Origin: Bdellovibrionales bacterium
GTDB lineage: Bacteria > Bdellovibrionota > Bdellovibrionia > Bdellovibrionales > JAGQZY01
NCBI GenBank assembly: GCA_964230645.1
Contig: CAXRHT010000001.1
Span: 384,001 to 448,000 of the forward strand
Length of the DNA: 64,000 nucleotides
Direction: 5' to 3'
Positions within the stretch are counted from its first letter, which is position 1. Each line of letters starts with the position of its first letter. The notes beneath the pieces are model-generated. The model had not been told where the DNA came from and did not search any database. It saw only the letters and a list, made by a program, of their open reading frames with translations. This document shows, piece by piece, positions 39,564-48,205 of the stretch. The translations under genes were made by a program, and so were the position numbers.

Positions 39564-40223
39564 TTAGTGGCAGATTTGACTACGCTGCTCGGCGGTTAAC
39601 TGAAACTCAGGAAAAGGATTAAATTCGTCGATCTTCTCAAACTGACGACGTCTTCCCTTAGCACCGAGTGAGTCGTAAATATCAATGGCATCCCAGTTGC
39701 TCTTAGCCTGGTCTTTTGAAATTCCACAAAACTGCATTAAAGCCATTTGAGCTAGAGTGTTTGAAGCATGAACTCCGTAATAGCAATGCAAATAAACAGC
39801 CCCTGCAGATCCATTTATAACATCGTTATAAAGATAGCTCATAAGGTTATAAACCCGACTCCCTCCCCCACCGTCACGGGCTTCACCAATGTAAACATAG
39901 TCAAGGGCATTGGATCCACAGCTAACAGAGGTATCAACATCAATGTAAACCGAATAAATTCTGGAGAAGTCATCAGCACACATCTGGTTGGTCATTGAAG
40001 AGCTTAGTAGCGCTCGGCGCCTGTCAGAGCCACCAATATAGAATGCGCCTTTTAAAATCGCTTTGGGACGTGTGTCCCCGGAATTGTAAGAGGACTGACT
40101 AATCTCCGTACTGCTTCCTGGATTATTGAAAATATTCTGAAAATGACTGATTTTGTCTCGAAGGCTTTGGCTGAATGCCAATTGAGAAGATAACAGAATT
40201 GCGAAAAAGATAATTCGGTTCAT
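39564..40223 (-). CDS. Exported PTP/DSP-fold protein with variant P-loop (HCYYGVHAS)
   Basis: VYLHCxxGxx motif followed by a helix and GISKDQA, as in dual-specificity phosphatases; the Arg of CX5R is Ala; signal peptide. Confidence 0.65.
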   Translation of the reverse strand: MNRIIFFAILLSSQLAFSQSLRDKISHFQNIFNNPGSSTEISQSSYNSGDTRPKAILKGAFYIGGSDRRRALLSSSMTNQMCADDFSRIYSVYIDVDTSVSCGSNALDYVYIGEARDGGGGSRVYNLMSYLYNDVINGSAGAVYLHCYYGVHASNTLAQMALMQFCGISKDQAKSNWDAIDIYDSLGAKGRRRQFEKIDEFNPFPEFQLTAEQRSQICH

Positions 40224-40347
40224 AAGGGGGGCTCCTTTTAATAGCTTAAAAGGTCCTTATAACACTCGACTGTGGCACGCCTAGCGAAAGTGATTTTGTT
40301 AAAATCTTTCTATGTACTTATGAACTAATTTCACCGAAAAAAAACTA

Positions 40348-41493
40348 CTAAAGGTCGTGCCTTCGGTAGATTATCCTACGAGATGAATCGAGGAAGTGTG
40401 AACTAGGAAACTGACTACATCGTTGACACTTACTTGTATTGCCTGAAGGCATATCAATCACCTCAGGGAACTGACTGTCATCAAGAATTTCGTAATTGTC
40501 AGAGGTCCTTTGCACCAGTGACCAGTTACCAAGGCTATCAAATTCAACAACCAAAAAGGCCTTCGGGCTTCTAGGAAGGCTTGAATTCCTCGAAATATGA
40601 TAGCGAGATCCACTTCCTAAGAGGGGAACAGACACATACTCCGTATGATGATCTCGTCTCCCAGGGTAGTAAACGTGGGAATGTCCACTAAAAAAGACAT
40701 CCACTTTGTGTTTTTCAAAAAGGTCTTCCACCTTTTTTAAAAAGCTCGAATTACCTCGAGACACATATTCCGTTTCTTTTTTAAAAGCAAAAGGCAATAG
40801 AGGCACATGACCATAGATAAATCGCAACTTAGCGTCTTTTTCTTTTGCAAACACTTGTTCCATCCAATTCAAAGTGCTGTCAGACCAGGCTCTCACTGCT
40901 GTATCATCAAGACTGATAAAAAGAGCGGACCCAATGCGGAAAGCGTATTGGAAGGGAAAGTTCTGTTCTACACCTTCAACCATCTTCATATTGGAGGCCA
41001 CAGAAAGAGGGTCTTCTCTTTCCCAAGACTCTTTATAGTGTTTTCGTTCTGTTTGAAAACCTATATGGGCGTCATGATTTCCCGGTGAAGGAAAAACAGG
41101 AATTTCACTTTTAAGCATGGGCCGTGTCACATTGGAGTGAAAAGAATCCCACATTCCTCGGTAGTCCAAACCGCTTTTTTGACCAGCCACCATATCGCCA
41201 GTAGATATTACGAAATCTATTTCCGAATCCCTATCTGTGATGTAGCTAACAGCTCTTTTAACATCTTGCCCATAGGACTTTGAGCCGTAAGATCCGTTCA
41301 TATCGGAAATAATTCCAAAACGATAGTTTTTAACAATGGGATCCGGTTTGTCACCAGGCTCATTGGCATCACCTGGGTCTTGACCATAACCTTGATCACT
41401 TTGATCAGAGCTATTTTGGTCGGATTGATCCGCAGGCTTAGAGTGACTGCAGTGGACGAGACTAAAAAATAATAAAAGAATAAAGATACGCAC
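40348..41493 (-). CDS. Calcineurin-like metallophosphoesterase, probable lipoprotein
   Basis: SDMN, TGDMV, PGNHD, GHVP, SGHSH; LVHC lipobox-like sequence; D/Q/S-rich linker. Confidence 0.88.
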   Translation of the reverse strand: MRIFILLLFFSLVHCSHSKPADQSDQNSSDQSDQGYGQDPGDANEPGDKPDPIVKNYRFGIISDMNGSYGSKSYGQDVKRAVSYITDRDSEIDFVISTGDMVAGQKSGLDYRGMWDSFHSNVTRPMLKSEIPVFPSPGNHDAHIGFQTERKHYKESWEREDPLSVASNMKMVEGVEQNFPFQYAFRIGSALFISLDDTAVRAWSDSTLNWMEQVFAKEKDAKLRFIYGHVPLLPFAFKKETEYVSRGNSSFLKKVEDLFEKHKVDVFFSGHSHVYYPGRRDHHTEYVSVPLLGSGSRYHISRNSSLPRSPKAFLVVEFDSLGNWSLVQRTSDNYEILDDSQFPEVIDMPSGNTSKCQRCSQFPSSHFLDSSRRIIYRRHDL

Positions 41494-41588
41494 GAAGTAA
41501 GTATCGGGATGTTCGTTCTTTTAATTAAGTCCAGTTCAGAACCTAGGTCGAGCCCTTGACACTTCTTTAACCAAAGTCTGTCTCATTC

Positions 41589-42752
41589 TCAAACTTTAAG
41601 GACTTCAGTAAGATAATTTATATTCTCTTTGTTGAGCTCTCCTTGGAGAAAAAGGATTTTCAAATAATTAGCGTGGATATTGAGTAGAGTCTCTATTTTT
41701 TTAAAACGCAACTTAATGTATTTCACTTCGTCATCAATACTTGTTTCAAGGTTTGAAAGAGAGCTCGAAAACCTTTGCGCATTCTTACTTTTCATAGGGA
41801 TCATTTTGTAGATTTCAAATTTTTCGATAAGCCCTAGGGTTTCAGCTTTCACCTGTGTCATCTCATCTTGTTTCTGCCATTTTTCCTGACGTATTTGAAT
41901 TTGATCTTGTAGATAATCGGTTTCTGCTTGTTTAAGTTCGGTGCTATCGGAGAGAAAAGGAACCCTTAAGGACAATTGCAGCTTATGATCTTCCAAACGG
42001 CGGATATCTCTTTCTCGACTCATTTGTACAAACTTGATAACCTGCCAAGATTCAGACTTTTTCTTTTTGAATTCCATCTCAGCCAATTCTTTTTTTTCGT
42101 TCTCAATTTTAAAATCAATTTCTTTGGCAGCTTTTAAAGATTGCTTGAGTCTCTCAGGATCTGCCAATTTTAAATCTTTTAAGCTTTCAAGAATTTCCCT
42201 GACCTTGTCATCTTTTTTAATATTATCAAAAACGCTTTTATATTGAGTTTCCATCTCAGCAAAGAAACCAAGATTTTCAATAAATCCATTAAGATCCACT
42301 TCACTATTTTGGGAAATGGCAGAGATTCTCTTTCGAGCTTTTTCAAAAAGCTTTTGATTTTGCTTTAAAACTTCATGATTTTTTAAAACACCCCACAGAA
42401 TTAAAAGCTTATTGTAGGCATTCAAACGATTTAAATTTTCCTGGTTACCTTGGGTCAACTTTAAGATTTTATTGTGTTTCTCAGTCAGTCGTACTTCGTT
42501 GGCTAGACCGAAAATTGGCTTTAAACCAAACCGGACCGATTGGTCACTGAAGACACCATCCTCATCGGTCTCAATTCTCACCTCTGTTTCATCAAGAAAT
42601 GATAAACCTGGATTCCATGCCGATTTGGGAGATACTCTTTTGTTTTTTATCTCGGATTCCACCCACTGAACTATTGGGTCCTCTTTTGCCTCGCAAGTTA
42701 AGGCGGACTGCAGGAAGACTAAGAATAGAATCAAGGCAGAAAGACTTCTCAC
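41589..42752 (-). CDS. Putative TolC-like outer membrane efflux protein
   Basis: Signal peptide; short alternating beta segments (VRFGLKP, LQLSLRVPF) between long helical stretches; overlaps the HlyD stop. Confidence 0.5.
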   Translation of the reverse strand: MRSLSALILFLVFLQSALTCEAKEDPIVQWVESEIKNKRVSPKSAWNPGLSFLDETEVRIETDEDGVFSDQSVRFGLKPIFGLANEVRLTEKHNKILKLTQGNQENLNRLNAYNKLLILWGVLKNHEVLKQNQKLFEKARKRISAISQNSEVDLNGFIENLGFFAEMETQYKSVFDNIKKDDKVREILESLKDLKLADPERLKQSLKAAKEIDFKIENEKKELAEMEFKKKKSESWQVIKFVQMSRERDIRRLEDHKLQLSLRVPFLSDSTELKQAETDYLQDQIQIRQEKWQKQDEMTQVKAETLGLIEKFEIYKMIPMKSKNAQRFSSSLSNLETSIDDEVKYIKLRFKKIETLLNIHANYLKILFLQGELNKENINYLTEVLKV

Positions 42753-43618
42753 TGATTGCCCTCAAAGGAAACCATAACCTTTTCTCCCAGATAGAAATCA
42801 TTGCCTTTTGGGAGAGAAACTTTAATTTCTCGGCCGTATATTCTCATACTCGGATCTTTTTGAAATCTTTCTGGAAGCTCAGTCAGCATCGAACCGATGG
42901 AAACGATTTCTCCTTTCACCTGATAGTCTCTAGAGATCGATTTAATGTTTGAAGCTCGGTTCTGTGTTAATGATGCGAAACTAAAGGATTCAGGGATATA
43001 GGAACGCACGAGAGTCGGTTTTAAATGAAAGATCTCTAGAAGCGGCTGAAAAGGCGGAATGGTTTCTGAGGCACTCACCTGTAATTCGCCCGCAAGGCCA
43101 TCAATCGGTGAAACCACTTCCAGACTTTTTTCCTCGGAAGCCAAGGCTTTTTTATTTTCCACAAAAGTAAGAAATCGCATCTCTAGAGGACTTAGACTTT
43201 GGTTCTTTTTTCTCTTTTCTAAGAATACGACCCACTTGTCTTTATCCCACCTTCGGCCGGAGTGGATATTGAGCTCCATCAGTGCCGTTTGCAGTTCTGT
43301 CTCATTGGCATATTGGCGAGAGGCCAAATCCTCGCGCTTCAAACGAAAAAGAGGATCTCCTTTGGAGACCAGTTGTCCTGACTCGACCAATATTTCATCG
43401 ACCACCACAGAGTCTTTAAAATTGATGGTAAAACCTCTGGCCTCGGTCACTCCTGGAATTCGATTTCCTTGGCTCAAATCATAATGAAGTATCAGATAAA
43501 TCAAACCGGAGGCCAAAACTAGTCCCACTAGCAGGAAATAGTTGGCGACAATAAAATCCCAGAAAGGATTGTTGCGACTTGTTTTGAAATTGATTTTTTT
43601 GTTACTTTCCTCGTTCAC
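42749..43618 (-). CDS. HlyD/membrane-fusion periplasmic adaptor
   Basis: N-terminal TM; lipoyl half-motifs EILVESGQLVSKGDPLFRL and VVSPIDG...PLLEI flanking a helical hairpin. Confidence 0.85.
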   Translation of the reverse strand: MNEESNKKINFKTSRNNPFWDFIVANYFLLVGLVLASGLIYLILHYDLSQGNRIPGVTEARGFTINFKDSVVVDEILVESGQLVSKGDPLFRLKREDLASRQYANETELQTALMELNIHSGRRWDKDKWVVFLEKRKKNQSLSPLEMRFLTFVENKKALASEEKSLEVVSPIDGLAGELQVSASETIPPFQPLLEIFHLKPTLVRSYIPESFSFASLTQNRASNIKSISRDYQVKGEIVSIGSMLTELPERFQKDPSMRIYGREIKVSLPKGNDFYLGEKVMVSFEGNQ

Positions 43619-43628
43619 TTGCCAACCC

Positions 43629-44309
43629 TTAAATATCCGTACTACTTTGCTGCACCATCAACTGCAGTCCCTCTAAATTTTCAATGGCTTGAAGTTCCTG
43701 GATCAATTGTGCCTGCTGCTTTTGATTTTTAAGTTTTACCTGATAGGAGTAATCCACTCTCTGCCCCTGGGCGAGATCCCTCAACGTTACTAGAGCGAAT
43801 TTTCGGCAGTTTTTTGAGAGAATCCCCGCAACACTCTCTTGGTTGTTACCTTTAGAAGGAATATTGAACCTTAACAATCCATCAAACTGTGTGCTTTGAG
43901 AAAGAGGCGTTTTTGATAGGATAAAGATCACAGCGCAAAAACAAAGAACGCCTGAGATGGTTATTGAGTAGGCGAAAACTCCACAAGAAATACCAAGAGC
44001 CAAACTGGCAAAAAGGAAAAACATGTCTTTAGGGTCTTTTAAATTTGAGCGGAAACGAAGAATGGAAAAGGCTCCCATCATACCGATACCACGAGCCAGA
44101 CTTCCATCAATGGCCATCATTGCGATCGCCGAAACGATCGGACTTAGAACCAAGGACTGAATAAAGTTTTTTGAATAACTCAAACCCTCGTAGGTAAACA
44201 CGTAGGTTAAAGCCAGAAGACTTCCAACAATGAATGCAAAACAGACACCCTGTAGAGACGTCCAGAAGCTTGTGTTCATCGTCGCATAATTGAATGCATC
44301 AATACCCAT
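43629..44309 (-). CDS. DUF4956 domain membrane protein
   Basis: SYSKNF, SLARGIGMMGAFSILRFRS.LKDPKD..FLF...ALGISCG; C-terminal soluble ACT-like tail. Confidence 0.9.
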   Translation of the reverse strand: MGIDAFNYATMNTSFWTSLQGVCFAFIVGSLLALTYVFTYEGLSYSKNFIQSLVLSPIVSAIAMMAIDGSLARGIGMMGAFSILRFRSNLKDPKDMFFLFASLALGISCGVFAYSITISGVLCFCAVIFILSKTPLSQSTQFDGLLRFNIPSKGNNQESVAGILSKNCRKFALVTLRDLAQGQRVDYSYQVKLKNQKQQAQLIQELQAIENLEGLQLMVQQSSTDI

Positions 44310-44532
44310 ATTATTTTTCCATTACCCTTTGTCAGGACAATATAACACTGTGCAGATGAAAAATTGATAAACTATGTTTGGGCCTTTCTTTTTTTCTCGA
44401 CTGTCAATTTTCTTTACAACTCAACCCCTCTTTTTTCTTTTTATTACTTTTTTCTTCTCTAACCAAAATGACGGAACTTATATTTGTAGAAATCAATTCA
44501 AAGAGAGGCGAGGGATTCGACCAAGCTCCTCA

Positions 44533-44561
44533 AGGTCCTTCGGCTTCGCCTCAGGACGACA
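44533..44561. repeat. Solo arm of the REP-like element (copy 3)
   Basis: AGGTCCTTCGGCTTCGCCTCAGGACGACA closely resembles the right arm at 5624-5650. Confidence 0.7.
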
Positions 44562-44576
44562 ATTAGTTTCATTAGC

Positions 44577-44603
44577 AAAAAAAAAGGTCCCTAAGGGACC
44601 TTT
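44577..44603 (-). terminator. Rho-independent terminator
   Basis: A-run then AGGTCCC-taa-GGGACCT, downstream of 44631-44966. Confidence 0.75.
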
Positions 44604-44630
44604 AGAAAACTGAAAACTTTAGATGATATT

Positions 44631-44966
44631 TTAAGCGTTACTACACTTGTCAGCGCAGTAAGCCCCACCGAAATCCTTTTTGCAAGCGTCAATACAAACA
44701 GGCATGGCGTCGGCTTTACACCCGGGGTTTTCTTTGACGAAATCATCCCAGTAGTTATCCATACAATAGGCTCCGCCGTAATCTTCCATACAAGCGTCAA
44801 CAAGCACATTTAAACCCTCAACCTTGCCATCGCAGTAGGATCCTGAAACAGAACCGTCTCCAACACACTGGTAGGTTTTTCCATCAACTGTTACTGATAT
44901 TTCTTTGGCCTGAGCTGAAAGGCCCATCGCCAGCGCAAAAAACGCTACTAAAACAATTCTAAACAT
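44631..44966 (-). CDS. Small secreted Cys-rich protein with an internal repeat
   Basis: Signal peptide ending AQA; DACMEDYGGAYC and DACKKDFGGAYC; GGGGG RBS. Confidence 0.8.
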   Translation of the reverse strand: MFRIVLVAFFALAMGLSAQAKEISVTVDGKTYQCVGDGSVSGSYCDGKVEGLNVLVDACMEDYGGAYCMDNYWDDFVKENPGCKADAMPVCIDACKKDFGGAYCADKCSNA

Positions 44967-45042
44967 ATTTCCCCCTGTTTATTTCTAAAAGAGAGTTAGC
45001 TTTATTTCAAAGCTCGAACAAGGAACCCCGTTCCAGCTTCCA

Positions 45043-45837
45043 TCAGTGATTCAAGAAAAAATGATCGTAGCGTGGCTCTCGTTTTTGCTTAATGGCTCTC
45101 ATCCCCTCTTCTTTTTCCTGAGATTGGATCGCCTCAAAGAGGGCCTGTTGTTCTTTTTCATAGGTTTTAATGGAAGGTTCAGTGATATTCCCCACAAGCC
45201 TCTTGCAAAGCGAGAGAGCTTTCGGTGATTTTTTGTCGATCTCCCTAACGGTTTCTAAGGCCTGAGCCAGCATCTCATCTTTTGATTCAAAAACCCTATT
45301 GACGATGTTCAATCGCTTTGCACTTAAAGCCGAAAGGCTCTCGCCAGTATAAATGAACTCTTTTGCCCTACCAGGCCCTATCCAGTCTAACAAACGAGAG
45401 CATCCCCCAAATCCTGGGATCAAACCATAATCAACCTCTGGTAAGCGAAACTGCGCAGACTGAGTGGAATAGATAAAATCACAATTTAAAGCCAATTCGA
45501 AACCCGCTCCCCAGGTTCGTCCCGAAACACAGGCAATCACTGGAAAAGGTAGATTAAAAATTTCCTGGCTCAATTTGGAAGCTTGAGTGAAAAACTTAAC
45601 CATTTGCTGGTTTTCCATTTTGCTGACTTGTTCCCAGTCCACTCCAGAACAAAAGTCCCTCCCCATAGCTGTTAATACTAAAGCGCGGAAATCAACTTTC
45701 CCCTCTTTTATTTGTTCAAAAAGATGAGTTAGCTCCTCTAGCATTTTAGAAGACAGTGGGTTTCCTTTGATGGGCTCATTGAGTGTGACCACAAAGGCCG
45801 ATTGCTTCTTTTCTAAACTGATTAATTTGTACTTCAT
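45043..45837 (-). CDS. Enoyl-CoA hydratase/isomerase family protein
   Basis: FCSGVD, PVIACVSG..WGAGFELALNCD, LPEVDYGLIPGFGG; GGGGAG RBS before ATG 45837. Confidence 0.92.
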   Translation of the reverse strand: MKYKLISLEKKQSAFVVTLNEPIKGNPLSSKMLEELTHLFEQIKEGKVDFRALVLTAMGRDFCSGVDWEQVSKMENQQMVKFFTQASKLSQEIFNLPFPVIACVSGRTWGAGFELALNCDFIYSTQSAQFRLPEVDYGLIPGFGGCSRLLDWIGPGRAKEFIYTGESLSALSAKRLNIVNRVFESKDEMLAQALETVREIDKKSPKALSLCKRLVGNITEPSIKTYEKEQQALFEAIQSQEKEEGMRAIKQKREPRYDHFFLNH

Positions 45838-46242
45838 ATCAACTCCCCTGCTTATTAAACTTCGCTCCACGCAAGATCAGTCTTAGAGGCTGTTTTTAAC
45901 GAGCCCTCCTCTTTTTTTCAAATTCATATTTCATATGCACCTATTCTCTTTTAGAATATCAGCGTAAGTTTGAAGCCGAAAACGGGTGCCTATTTTGAGT
46001 TTAAAAAGAGGTTTTTTTTGTCAAATAATTTATATTTATTATACCCCTTAAAATAATACAGAAATGCTTATTTAAATTCCGAAAACTTTATTAATTTTCT
46101 ACACATACAATGAATAACGCCAAAAATTATTTTGCTCTCAATTAAAATAGAATAGTGTTTAATTTCGAACTGCGGGGCTCAACTTTTCTGACCAGATACT
46201 CATCATTGAGTGATTGCTAAATCATAAAGCCAGGGATTAGGA

Positions 46243-47178
46243 ATGATCGAAAGCAACCAGGAAAAACAGGGGGAATCTCAATTACCGCTGTTCAACTTCA
46301 TCAGAGATAAAAAACCCACTTCGGACAACAGTAAGATCGTGGAACTTATCCCGGACGCACTCATTGGGTGTTGCCAGAATGGTAAAATCAATTATTGGAA
46401 CAAGCAGTCTGAAACTTTGTTTGGTTGGACCAAGAAAGAAGCCTTTGGACAGAGTATTGAAAAGCTCCTGACACCTCCTGGCTTTTTGAACATTCGCCAT
46501 CAAAAAGGACAACCGGATCAATCCATGGACCTTACGGCTCTTCATAAAAACGGCTCCAAAATTCCGATTGAACTCAACTTGAAGATTCTTAATCATAGAG
46601 GCAAAGACTATTTTTTCGCCTTTGTCCGAGAGTGTTCCAAAAAAAATAGTCTGGCTCATCAATTTCGTTCCCTAAATAAGCAAAACCAAATACTAAAAAA
46701 GCTTTTATCAACCGTTTCAGACTCCTCAAACAAAGACGAGGTCATTTGTATTTTTTTGGAAGAATTGGCTCAATTTAAGCAGTGTGAACTGGCTTTCGTT
46801 TGTAAAAAGGACTTCGGCCATTTTACCCGTCTGGAATTCACCTGCAATAGAACTCAACTTATTTTTAAAGACTTCAGCGCTCAGGTGGATGTGGAGCTCA
46901 AAAAGCTGGCAAAAAAAGACTTCCCTGCCGCCAATGAAAAAAAAGAAATCGAATGGATTGAGAATGTTCAGTCCGAATGGGACTCTCCTTTTTTTATTTT
47001 CGGGCGAAATTTTGGCTTTCATGGCTGCCTCGTTCTCCCCATCCAACGCCCTAATAAAGAGTGGATTTATCTTTTCTTTCTTTCCACTCAATTCATGGAA
47101 ATCTCAGAGACAGAGCAGGAGTTTCTAAAGGAATCCATAAAGAATCTTGAGAGTACCTTAAGTATTTTAGGGAAATAA
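46243..47178 (+). CDS. PAS domain + probable GAF domain sensor protein
   Basis: PDALI...GKINYWNKQSETLFGW...GQSIEKL...ALHKNGSKIPIEL (PAS/PAC); C-terminal WIENV...GFHGCLVLPI (GAF-like). Confidence 0.75.
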   Translation: MIESNQEKQGESQLPLFNFIRDKKPTSDNSKIVELIPDALIGCCQNGKINYWNKQSETLFGWTKKEAFGQSIEKLLTPPGFLNIRHQKGQPDQSMDLTALHKNGSKIPIELNLKILNHRGKDYFFAFVRECSKKNSLAHQFRSLNKQNQILKKLLSTVSDSSNKDEVICIFLEELAQFKQCELAFVCKKDFGHFTRLEFTCNRTQLIFKDFSAQVDVELKKLAKKDFPAANEKKEIEWIENVQSEWDSPFFIFGRNFGFHGCLVLPIQRPNKEWIYLFFLSTQFMEISETEQEFLKESIKNLESTLSILGK

Positions 47179-47250
47179 CCAAACCCTAACTTGCGGCTCC
47201 TTCTGACTCGGCCCATCCTTGAAGGCAAAGCCTAACAAGGAGGCCTTTTT

Positions 47251-48120
47251 TTGGACTTCACTCATTTCGCAGAAGATATAAAAAAGATCACTTACTCTGG
47301 AACCTATAATAAGCCGATTCAAAATAAAATTATAAAGTGGGTGGAAAAAGGGCTGGTACGAAACCGAATATCTCAAAGGTTTATTGATTTAGGAGAAATG
47401 ATAGAGAAAGGCGAGGAAGTAGACCGAGCCGCCCTTAAAGCTTTTGGCCTAAAAGTAAAGCTTGTCCACGGTGCGATCGAAAACATTCCCAAGACGGGCC
47501 CCGTAATGGTTGTCGGTAATCATCCCTTTGGTATTGTTGATGGAATGGTGGTTGCCAGCGTACTCAGAGGCTATCGCAGAGATATCAAAATTTTAGCCCA
47601 TCAAGGAATTTCCAACCTCCCTCAGTTTGCCGAGTTTTTCCTACCGATTAATTTCGATGCCACCCAAGAAGCTAAAATCACCAACAAACAGTCCACCACT
47701 GAATTTAAAAAGCACATGGCCGAAGGCGGCCTTGGGGTTATTTTTCCCTCAGGAGCTGTTTCCACCAGACGACCTCTTTGGAAAAAAAATATAGATCCCC
47801 CCTGGCATGCGGCCGCCGGTAAGTGGGCCCTTGAGAATAATTGCTCTGTTGTTCCTGTATTTATTGATGGAAATTGTGGGCCCCTTTTTCAGCTCGCAAG
47901 TCAAATGAGCATGACTTTACGCTTAAGTGCTCTTCTTTACGAAAATATGAAACTCATGGACTCAGAAATTCATCTTCGCATTGGAGAGGCCATTGATTTA
48001 AAAACGCTCCCACCGGACTGGGACGCAACCACCCTGGTACAACTCTTCCGAGAGAAGTGCTACAACTTGGCCGGAAGAAACTCTATGGGCGAAAAAATAA
48101 AACAGCTTAAAAATCAATAA
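47251..48120 (+). CDS. Lysophospholipid acyltransferase family protein (PlsC superfamily)
   Basis: IPKTGPVMVVGNHPFGIVDG (HX4D), IFPSGAV, VVPVF. Confidence 0.88.
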   Translation: MDFTHFAEDIKKITYSGTYNKPIQNKIIKWVEKGLVRNRISQRFIDLGEMIEKGEEVDRAALKAFGLKVKLVHGAIENIPKTGPVMVVGNHPFGIVDGMVVASVLRGYRRDIKILAHQGISNLPQFAEFFLPINFDATQEAKITNKQSTTEFKKHMAEGGLGVIFPSGAVSTRRPLWKKNIDPPWHAAAGKWALENNCSVVPVFIDGNCGPLFQLASQMSMTLRLSALLYENMKLMDSEIHLRIGEAIDLKTLPPDWDATTLVQLFREKCYNLAGRNSMGEKIKQLKNQ

Positions 48121-48205
48121 ATCGAATCCAGTTTTCGAACAAAACTCTTTCGTTGGGTAAATCAATAACGCCTCTTAAAGTCCAAGATTTGCACTTTGGT
48201 GGCCC

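Noticed and set aside
44374..44613. Short plus-strand ORFs upstream of DUF4956
   Set aside because: Low-complexity T-rich sequence running into the repeat arm and terminator; no RBS
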